This document shows positions 7,666-13,714 of a DNA stretch of 13,714 bases, piece after piece. A program made the translations under genes and the position numbers. The stretch lies in IMG/VR virus record IMGVR_UViG_2693429599_000004. One strand, 5' to 3'. Numbering within the stretch: position 1 is the first letter of the stretch; the number at the start of each line of letters is the position of its first letter. The notes under the pieces are model-generated. The model saw only the letters and a program-made list of their open reading frames with translations. It was not told where the DNA came from and searched no databases. This stretch comes from a virus (lineage: Duplodnaviria; Heunggongvirae; Uroviricota; Caudoviricetes).

Positions 7666-8199
7666 TTATCTGTCGATTCCCCAGCACGCCAGCGCGCTCT
7701 CCTGGTCACGACGGGATACCTGACCATAACAGTTATTTGAGCGGATACGGCAGTCTCTGCCACCGTCCTTAATCCACCAGCGAATCGCCTCACACGCTCC
7801 CCTGCGGTCACCAGCATTCAGCCGCTTATAAAACGTCGACGGGAAACACTTACCGGGGCCAATGTTATAGGGACAGAATGACGCTATACCCGCTTTCTGT
7901 GGTTCGGTCAGTGGAACTTTAATATTGCGCTCCACCCATGCCAGCGCCTTATCCCGTTCAATGGCATTAACCTGGTCGCATTTTTCCTTCGACAGTTTCA
8001 TGCCCGGAATAACAGGTTTACCATCCACCATTGTGGCACCGCGGCAGATGGTCCAGATACCCGCACCATCACGGTATGCCGTTGTGTGGTTACCTTCTTT
8101 TTCATCCAGAAACTGGTCGAGAATATCAGGCGCAGGCGCACCGATGGCAATCAACGCCAGAACGGCAGCCGACAGGCCATATTTGATTTTGGTGTTCAT
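7666..8199 (-). CDS. R: Endolysin R, lysozyme with N-terminal signal-arrest-release (SAR) domain
   Basis: 177 aa; Gly/Ala-rich weakly hydrophobic N-terminus (GLSAAVLALIAIGAPA) then a lysozyme catalytic region (EGNHTTAYRDGAGIWTICRGAT). Matches the Stx-phage/P21-type R from memory. Confidence 0.9.
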   Translation of the reverse strand: MNTKIKYGLSAAVLALIAIGAPAPDILDQFLDEKEGNHTTAYRDGAGIWTICRGATMVDGKPVIPGMKLSKEKCDQVNAIERDKALAWVERNIKVPLTEPQKAGIASFCPYNIGPGKCFPSTFYKRLNAGDRRGACEAIRWWIKDGGRDCRIRSNNCYGQVSRRDQESALACWGIDR

Positions 8200-8327
8200 G
8201 GATATTTATCAGGATTTATCGGTTCCGAATCCCTGGATATGTTAAATCTTCAGCCCGCCAGCGGTAGGACACTGGCGTTTTTCCTGATGGCTGAAATATA
8301 TCTGACAATTTCAGTAGAGGATTAACC

Positions 8328-8642
8328 ATGCATAACGATCAACATAATTATGATTTATGCCTGCAAGCCATAAATGAGCGGGTAAAATCAGAGTGCCTCT
8401 TACTCCTCCCACAAGAACACGATGCAGTAAAATCCATTCAGGCTGAGCCGTATGGACATCTCACACCTGTGACTCTCGGCATTATCGCCAGAGCATTAAC
8501 ACAGCCCATGCTTATGCGTATTAAGACCAATATAAATAACTGGTTGAATGAAGAATTAAGCTACCTTGATTGTGAGTGGGACAATCATTACGCAAAAACA
8601 CAAAAAGAACGCATCTTCAGTCGATTATCCAGCAACAGATAA
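8328..8642 (+). CDS. Hypothetical protein (104 aa), convergent partner inside the holin-endolysin insert
   Basis: ATG at 8328 with GAGG SD 7 nt upstream. Opposite strand to the late operon; stop lies 10 bp from the stop of the 268-aa gene. No motif recognised. Confidence 0.5.
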   Translation: MHNDQHNYDLCLQAINERVKSECLLLLPQEHDAVKSIQAEPYGHLTPVTLGIIARALTQPMLMRIKTNINNWLNEELSYLDCEWDNHYAKTQKERIFSRLSSNR

Positions 8643-8651
8643 CGAGCCACC

Positions 8652-9458
8652 TTATATACGCCCTTTCAGATAAGTCATCCCCGGCTGCATCCAGTCAACA
8701 GGTGCTTTCTTAAAGGGCGTATTATCAAAATCACGCAGAAGAGCCTCCAGCACAACTGCATCATTGTCAGCACCACTGGCCATCATTTCAATCTCAGCTG
8801 CTACCTGCAGATATCCCATGCAACGACCAATGCGCTTCATCAGCCCCTGCTTTTTATTGTTCTTCAGGTAATCAATGGCAAATTCAATGAGCGCCTCACT
8901 ATGCTGGTGCGATGGCGGTGTTAATTTCCCATTTTCTGAGATGGTTATTTTCCCGCCATCTCCGTATACAACAAAGGATGGCCGGTTACACTCCCATTCC
9001 TGATCTTTATCAGGTGCAGACGCAATAAAATAACGTTTATTTCCTTCCTCTCCGGCACTTTTAACCGTAATGGAGTACTCAGACTGCAGACAAGACGCCT
9101 CTTTTTCTGACCGCAGTGTTGACGGCGGCATCTTCAGAGAACCAGTAATTCTTCCCGGTAGCTTTCCTTTGTAGGTTATCAACACATCCTGCGCCTCTAA
9201 AATTATGGGGCGCTTTTCCGGCAACGGTTCGTTCCCTTCACATAACCCGGCAGCAACATCCATGAAAAACTGCTTCGCCTGCTTTTTCGCCTCAGCTTCG
9301 TAAAACTCCAGCGTGGCACCTTCAGTACGGTCAAGACTAATCGCCACATTTGGCAACAACAGTGACGGATACCCACCAATTTCCAGTACCACAGTAACAG
9401 TAATCTTATCCGGGTAATTATTTATCCCTTTAACAACCAGTTCGTATTTTTTCTTCAT
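8652..9458 (-). CDS. Hypothetical protein (268 aa) inserted between pinholin and endolysin
   Basis: ATG at 9458 lies 4 nt after the holin stop, with GGGGAGAG SD inside the holin 3' end. Long uninterrupted ORF. No catalytic motif, signal peptide or TM segment recognised by eye. Confidence 0.65.
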   Translation of the reverse strand: MKKKYELVVKGINNYPDKITVTVVLEIGGYPSLLLPNVAISLDRTEGATLEFYEAEAKKQAKQFFMDVAAGLCEGNEPLPEKRPIILEAQDVLITYKGKLPGRITGSLKMPPSTLRSEKEASCLQSEYSITVKSAGEEGNKRYFIASAPDKDQEWECNRPSFVVYGDGGKITISENGKLTPPSHQHSEALIEFAIDYLKNNKKQGLMKRIGRCMGYLQVAAEIEMMASGADNDAVVLEALLRDFDNTPFKKAPVDWMQPGMTYLKGRI

Positions 9459-9462
9459 CGCT

Positions 9463-9678
9463 TTACTCTCCCCGCGCCGCCTTACGCCGGTCCTCTCTGA
9501 TTTTGAAATACAGGTTAGTCAGATATGTCAGCAGCCCAAACAGCAGACTCCCCAGCACGCCTATTGCCGCCCACTGAGACGGGGAAACCCTGTCCAGCAA
9601 CTGCAGGAACCAGTAGCCCGTTCCCACCGCTGACGTGGTGTATGACACACCTGTTGTGATTTTTTCCATCTGGTACAT
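9463..9678 (-). CDS. S: Pinholin S (phage 21 S21-like class II holin) with dual-start motif
   Basis: [71 protein letters not shown] matches S21 from memory; two ATGs three codons apart; GGGAGA SD. Upstream part of the track ORF (to 9783) rejected. Confidence 0.9.
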   Translation of the reverse strand: MYQMEKITTGVSYTTSAVGTGYWFLQLLDRVSPSQWAAIGVLGSLLFGLLTYLTNLYFKIREDRRKAARGE

Positions 9679-9827
9679 ACCCCGTCTCCCGTTATCCGGA
9701 AGCTGACAACAATAAAAAAGCCACCAGTTAAGTACTGATGGCTCTGATAACTCATGCAGGCATCTCAGACGACCCACTGACACTACCGGTGAGTTTAACG
9801 ATACCTTCCATTTGACTGGCTCACTTT

Positions 9828-11696
9828 TTATGATGATGCTGGTGCATTTATCTCCAGCACCAGACTTTCTATCTCAACGCCATACGCTGCATTTTTGGTA
9901 ATATCCGTCAGCGTCAGCGCATTCAGCCCCAGTGTCAGACTGTCTTTTATGACCTGGAATGCCGGGCCAGCCACTCCATTCAGTTTCGGAGTAACCGTGG
10001 CACTGCCGGCGGTGAACACCAGCTCCAGCGTCTGCCAGTCGTTACTGTAATTCCCGAACTCGCCCAACTTTGTGTTTCCTGCTTTCCTGTGATGCATCAG
10101 ATTCAGTTTGCCGTCTGTGGTCTGGGTGAAGAACGACATCAGGAACGGGTTACCAGTCCCGGTCATCGCCACGACGTCAGGTAACGCTACATCGGTATAC
10201 AGATAAATTCCCAGACCGAACTGGTTGTTGGTCAGTGCGCCTGACAGTCGAAACTTACAGCTCAGTCTGCCACCCCGTGTCAGCAGGGAGACTGCGTCAT
10301 CCACCGGGCGCGTCAGGGACCAGGCTTTATTGCTCTGCTTGGCGATCTTAAATACACCACCCGACAACTGAATTCCGCCGTCCTTAATGGTCCAGCCCTG
10401 CGCAGCAGCCTCTCCGGCTGTCGGCAGCAGGGAGATTGTGCGAACGGACGTATCTGCAGACGGACCCGATGGCGTGTCGCCGCCGGGCGAGGGTTTGATT
10501 TCCGGTGCCTTACCACTGATGAAGGCTGAGGTGCGCCCGGCTACGTTCAGAATAGCAGTTGCCATACGATCGGGAATAATGCCACGACGCGCCCATGAGC
10601 TGAAATGCGTCGGGCGATTTGATGATACCCAGTTTTTGTTCGTTCGGGATGCCGAACCGTAATAACCAGACCCGGCAATATCAGGATCTTCTGACGGGTT
10701 GTTTGTCGGTGTATTAACTCCGCTACCATCGGTCATAAAGGGAACAAAATAAATCTGCTGGGATTCTTTACCTTTATATGCACCATATACCACTTCATAT
10801 TGCGTACCGTGTTCTTGTTTCCACGCGTATGTCGTGTCGCCACAAATCCAGGGGACTGATGCCGGACTTCCACCGTGACACTGCGCTGCCAGCCCGGCAA
10901 GGTCAGCACGGAACTGCTGTACCATTGCAAGAAATGCTGCTGGCTGCTGGGCGTAACTGGCATTCGTCATATCGAATTCCCCCTGCATCCAGCATATCGC
11001 CAGCAAAACGTTTTTCGGGTTTTTCTGCAATGCTGCCTTCGTGCGGAAAAGCAGATCCTGATATAACGGCTTACCCACTCCCCAGCGAGCCGAATCCTGA
11101 CTGGCCCCCGTGGACTCGCTGAATGTCCCCTCCGTGCCCTGGGTGAATGCCGAACCACCACGACAGCATGGTACCAGCAGGATCCCCGCATTATTAGGGA
11201 TATACGGAAGCAGTTTTTTGGCAATATGTAAGCCCTGGCCGACACAGCCGTACTGCCCTTTGCTCAGGTCAGCCCGGGGATGGTTAATCGTACTCATATC
11301 CTGAACATCATGCAGACAATGGTCAGCAGGAATGATGTCGTTAAATACGCATACTTCACCACCGGGAGTCACTGTGTTACGACGGGCCAGTTGCTTAATG
11401 CGCGGATGGGGCGCATCGTATGAATCCGGAAGCGGAAGCCCTTCACCGTAAGCCATGGCATTGGACTGCCCGGCCAGTACGATGACGTAGTACCACTCCG
11501 GCTCAGTTGCACCACTGACGACCACATCACCTTCTGCTGCAATCGCCTGCATCAGGGTATAAGGGGTTATGGCCACCGGACTACCAAACGGCTGCCAGCC
11601 CTCTTTCAGTTTATGTGTCAGCTTTTCCGCAAGATCTGACGGCGACGCCGCCCTGACAACATCATAGTGTTTAAATGCCATGGTTCTTTCCACCAT
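9828..11696 (-). CDS. nanS: Prophage-encoded sialate O-acetylesterase NanS-p-like (N-terminal DUF1737-like region plus SASA/SGNH esterase domain)
   Basis: 622 aa; GQSN esterase motif ([18 protein letters not shown]). Position between the tRNA/cargo block and the holin, as in Stx phages. Likely true start is the second ATG at 11681 ([16 protein letters not shown]). Confidence 0.85.
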   Translation of the reverse strand: MVERTMAFKHYDVVRAASPSDLAEKLTHKLKEGWQPFGSPVAITPYTLMQAIAAEGDVVVSGATEPEWYYVIVLAGQSNAMAYGEGLPLPDSYDAPHPRIKQLARRNTVTPGGEVCVFNDIIPADHCLHDVQDMSTINHPRADLSKGQYGCVGQGLHIAKKLLPYIPNNAGILLVPCCRGGSAFTQGTEGTFSESTGASQDSARWGVGKPLYQDLLFRTKAALQKNPKNVLLAICWMQGEFDMTNASYAQQPAAFLAMVQQFRADLAGLAAQCHGGSPASVPWICGDTTYAWKQEHGTQYEVVYGAYKGKESQQIYFVPFMTDGSGVNTPTNNPSEDPDIAGSGYYGSASRTNKNWVSSNRPTHFSSWARRGIIPDRMATAILNVAGRTSAFISGKAPEIKPSPGGDTPSGPSADTSVRTISLLPTAGEAAAQGWTIKDGGIQLSGGVFKIAKQSNKAWSLTRPVDDAVSLLTRGGRLSCKFRLSGALTNNQFGLGIYLYTDVALPDVVAMTGTGNPFLMSFFTQTTDGKLNLMHHRKAGNTKLGEFGNYSNDWQTLELVFTAGSATVTPKLNGVAGPAFQVIKDSLTLGLNALTLTDITKNAAYGVEIESLVLEINAPASS

Positions 11697-11874
11697 CTGA
11701 AAAATGATTCTTTAAAATACCTGACATGTAATACAGAAAAAACACAAAACCATACCTTAATTAAAAACCTCATCATCAAGCAGATATGCATGGATAAACT
11801 ACAAGACGAGATATAAACCACCCTGCATTTAAATAAACAATAAACAACATCAGAAAAATAATTCTGCTCTATGG

Positions 11875-11901
11875 TTTACAATCAAAAATATCATTTATAC
11901 T
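11875..11901 (+). promoter_or_regulatory. Candidate sigma70 promoter for the divergent 111-aa gene
   Basis: TTTACA (11875-11880), 15-bp spacer, TATACT (11896-11901), about 40 nt upstream of the ATG in an AT-rich intergenic region. Spacer is short; pattern match only. Confidence 0.25.
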
Positions 11902-11941
11902 TTTCAGAACATCACCAGCAAGGCATAAACAAGGAAACTAA

Positions 11942-12277
11942 ATGAAGTGGATTGTGATTGATACAGTTATCCAGCCATCATGCGGAATATCTTTTTCAGT
12001 CATATGGAGTAAAATAAAATTAATAATCTGGTATCAATCGGATGCTTTCTTACCTCCTGAAAGTATATTTACACTGACTCACACAGGCATCATGCTCAAT
12101 AACAAAGTGCTGCCTGTAACCATTTACAACGTAGTACCATTCAATAAAACATTCTGGAATTTAATCAAAAACAGCCAGGAATGCCCTACAAATACAGATA
12201 ACGTATTGAATGAATGCTTTAATAACCGTTGCACTCTGCAAATATGTCCTTATGGGCTAAAACAACAAAGTCCATAA
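11942..12277 (+). CDS. Hypothetical AT-rich, Cys-containing protein (111 aa), divergent from the late operon
   Basis: ATG with AAGGAAA SD; low-GC coding sequence; Cys-rich C-terminal half ([25 protein letters not shown]). No homolog recognised. Confidence 0.45.
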   Translation: MKWIVIDTVIQPSCGISFSVIWSKIKLIIWYQSDAFLPPESIFTLTHTGIMLNNKVLPVTIYNVVPFNKTFWNLIKNSQECPTNTDNVLNECFNNRCTLQICPYGLKQQSP

Positions 12278-12300
12278 GGAGTTTACTCACATCTGACAAA

Positions 12301-12333
12301 ATCAATATAAACAGCCCCTCCGGAGAGGGGCTG
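12301..12333 (-). terminator. Rho-independent terminator (minus strand) inside the cargo region
   Basis: Minus strand CAGCCCCTC-TCCG-GAGGGGCTG (9-bp perfect GC-rich stem, 4-nt loop) followed by TTTATATTGATTTTGT. Confidence 0.65.
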
Positions 12334-12724
12334 GAGAGTGGCGCTATGTGCCATTGCATGGTGCCGGGTGCCTCCCGGTGAATTCAGTACCAGCACCTGA
12401 ATCCGCGATTATCCCATATACCTACTCGCTGATTGCCCCTCCGCACAGGGGGATTCACCATGCCAGTTTCTTTTAACAAACTCCCCGCAAACCAGACAAC
12501 AGTCAACCGCCTGAATTGTGAAGTATTTAAAAATTTCTCCCGCTAACTGATACCCGGCTAACAGTCTGGCGTTTTCTTTTTCAGCAACGGGAAAGCAGCA
12601 ACCACCACACCCGCCACCAGCACACCGTCAGCCAGCACTGACATTATCCGGCTGCTGCAATGCCATTCACAAAAACAGTAAGCAATCACTTTTTACCGTA
12701 ACCGGTGATAATCCAGATATGTAT

Positions 12725-13081
12725 CTACCCCAGATGAGTAATCCGAAGTTCATCCATACCACAGGTCCTGGCTATTCTGTTGTACTCCTGAACAAGAGCA
12801 AATAATTCTGAATTAGCCACCATGAACTCATCGCAAACCCTCTGTATAGCATCACTATTCAGAATAATAACGTCTCTTCCCGAAAGACGATCAGGAGTAC
12901 AGAACAAAACTGTCAAACGGCTGAAGGCCTTTGCTCGTTCTGCATTGACTATATCAATACGCTGCCTAAGGATGAAACACCCCGACGCCTCATCAATATT
13001 CACTCTACCCACACCATATGAATGATAAATATTTAATGCTGAAAAAACCATTAGACCGTATAACAAACACTCAATCAACAC
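12725..13081 (-). CDS. Hypothetical protein (up to 118 aa) at the position stxA occupies in Stx phages
   Basis: Track ORF starts at GTG 13081; first ATG at 13051 gives 108 aa; weak SD. Co-directional with the tRNAs and late genes. No homolog recognised. Confidence 0.4.
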   Translation of the reverse strand: MLIECLLYGLMVFSALNIYHSYGVGRVNIDEASGCFILRQRIDIVNAERAKAFSRLTVLFCTPDRLSGRDVIILNSDAIQRVCDEFMVANSELFALVQEYNRIARTCGMDELRITHLG

Positions 13082-13188
13082 TTAACAGAACTTTTATTTT
13101 TGACAAACATATAATATTTTCAACAATATCCTGAGCCAGGTATATTTCAGTATAAGGCTCTGCCGAAAGGAATCTGGAAGAATGAATA

Positions 13189-13265
13189 TGGCGCGCTGTA
13201 CTGGATTCGAACCAGTGACCGATTGCTTAGAAGGCAATTGCTCTGTCCGGCTGAGCTAACAACGC
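13189..13265 (-). tRNA. argO: tRNA-Arg (anticodon UCU), phage argO/argU-like
   Basis: 77-nt cloverleaf read by hand: acceptor GCGTTGT/ACAGCGC, D-arm TAGCTCAGCCGGACAGAGC, anticodon loop CTTCTAA, T-arm GGTTCGAATCC, encoded CCA. Resembles E. coli argU. Confidence 0.9.
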
Positions 13266-13365
13266 TGAATACCGATAATGGACCGCCATCGGGGACCCGC
13301 CCCCGCACCAACAACCCTGTTATCGTGTCGTCTGCTCTTCCTGATAAGCTAATGGCGGTTTGTGA

Positions 13366-13441
13366 TGGTGGCCCTTGCTGGATTTGAACCAGCGACCTGG
13401 CGATTATGAGTCGCTCGCTCTCACCACTGAGCTAAAGGGCC
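13366..13441 (-). tRNA. ileZ: tRNA-Ile2 (anticodon CAU, lysidine type; ileX/ileZ-like), formally tRNA-Met by anticodon
   Basis: 76-nt cloverleaf: GGCCCTT acceptor, GCTCAGTGGTGAGAGC D-arm, anticodon CAT at 34-36, GGTTCAAATCC T-arm, encoded CCA. Near-identical to E. coli ileX from memory. Confidence 0.88.
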
Positions 13442-13450
13442 GGAAGCAGA

Positions 13451-13479
13451 ATAATAATGGTGCGTAATTAATTCTGCAA
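13451..13479 (-). promoter_or_regulatory. Candidate sigma70 promoter directly upstream of the tRNA pair
   Basis: Minus strand TTGCAG, 17-nt spacer, TATTAT; the -10 ends 9 nt before the tRNA-Ile2 5' end. Confidence 0.35.
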
Positions 13480-13490
13480 TCTCATCCGTT

Positions 13491-13714
13491 TCAAACGATT
13501 AAATCCTGAACTTCCCTGACTGTCTGCTCAAAACGTCCGGTCTCCAGTTCAACGCCAATCGCACGACGCCCGAGCGCCAGTGCAGCTTTTACCGTTGAAC
13601 CTGAGCCCATAAAAAAATCTGCAACCAGGTCATCATCTGCATAGTACGTCAGCGCCGGCCACTGGTTCAGGGCGTATGCGAACGCTTTCGCCAGTTCTGA
13701 GTGTCGCGACAGGG
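13491..13714 (-). CDS. DNA methyltransferase (N6-adenine/N4-cytosine, YhdJ/CcrM-like), C-terminal part; 5' end outside the window
   Basis: Open frame to the window edge ending ...DLVADFFMGSGSTVKAALALGRRAIGVELE...; the D-FxGSGST AdoMet-binding motif followed by an IGxE segment is typical of this methylase class. Confidence 0.6.
   Translation of the reverse strand, partial: LSRHSELAKAFAYALNQWPALTYYADDDLVADFFMGSGSTVKAALALGRRAIGVELETGRFEQTVREVQDLIV

Larger units (their letters stand above)
1..13714. mobile_element. Defective lambdoid (Stx-phage-like) prophage segment: late/lysis region, cos, terminase remnants, lom, tail fibre, effector cargo
   Basis: Collinear lambda-like order on the minus strand (tRNAs, nanS-p, S, R, Rz/Rz1, cos, nu1, A, W, J, lom, stf) with internal deletions; lambda cos 12-mer present. 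Confidence 0.85.

Noticed and set aside
8258-8287. Short hairpin GCCAG-N10-CTGGC followed by GTTTTT upstream of the 104-aa gene
   Set aside because: Only a 5-bp stem, and no plus-strand gene upstream for it to terminate; more likely incidental or part of the promoter/5'-UTR of the 104-aa gene.
7343-8325. Plus-strand ORFs (126, 84, 106, 79 aa) and a minus-strand 78-aa ORF across the endolysin region
   Set aside because: Overlap the well-supported SAR endolysin in other frames or antisense.
9463-9783. 106-aa extended holin ORF and the overlapping 64-aa ORF
   Set aside because: Holin homology begins at the MYQMEK dual-start motif (ATG 9678) with a good SD; the upstream extension has no homology.
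10313-11304. Seven ORFs of 60-114 aa inside nanS-p
   Set aside because: Alternative-frame or antisense overlaps of the 622-aa esterase.
11618-11821. 67-aa minus-strand ORF spanning the nanS-p start
   Set aside because: Overlaps the nanS-p 5' end and AT-rich promoter region; hydrophobic low-complexity translation of AT-rich DNA.
12822-13025. 67-aa plus-strand ORF
   Set aside because: Antisense within the 118-aa minus-strand ORF; neither is strongly supported, but the minus-strand one fits the operon direction.
11697-13188. Shiga toxin genes stxA/stxB
   Set aside because: The architecture is Stx-phage-like, but none of the six frames in this interval resembles the StxB signal peptide and B-pentamer sequence or the StxA active-site region as I recall them.
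13266-13365. Possible third tRNA (argN-like) between the two tRNAs
   Set aside because: Could not fold a cloverleaf by eye: no T-loop GGTTCRANYCC and no acceptor pairing. Possibly a decayed tRNA; needs tRNAscan-SE.
1-13714. CRISPR arrays, rRNA genes, IS elements or integron features
   Set aside because: No direct-repeat/spacer periodicity, no rRNA-like conserved blocks, and no terminal inverted repeats flanking a transposase-like ORF were seen.

Overview
This 13.7 kb window is a segment of a defective lambdoid (Stx-phage-like) prophage, with almost all genes on the minus strand. No stx, rRNA or CRISPR is present. All calls come from reading the sequence and recalling protein families from memory; no database search was run.

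Gene order, reading the minus strand from high to low coordinates:
- 3' end of a DNA methyltransferase, then tRNA-Ile2(CAU) and tRNA-Arg(UCU).
- Unrecognised cargo where Stx phages carry stxAB: a 118-aa ORF, about 400 bp of structured non-coding DNA with a terminator, and a divergent AT-rich 111-aa ORF.
- NanS-p-like sialate O-acetylesterase.
- Lysis cassette: S21-like pinholin, a 1.26 kb insert with two unknown convergent genes (268 aa and 104 aa), SAR endolysin, two small membrane-protein ORFs, then Rz with embedded Rz1.
- A small ribbon-helix-helix-like ORF and an intact lambda-type cos site.
- Packaging and morphogenesis remnants: a 29-codon nu1 fragment fused out of frame to a 5'-truncated terminase large subunit, then an N-terminal W fragment joined directly to the C-terminal 166 codons of J.
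- lom, a side tail fibre with a collagen-like repeat, a small tail-fibre-associated ORF, a terminator, and an AT-rich NleB/SseK-family effector-like gene that ends at an in-frame stop.

The best candidates for something undescribed are the two-gene insert between holin and endolysin, the cargo block at the stx position, and the small membrane proteins coupled to Rz.
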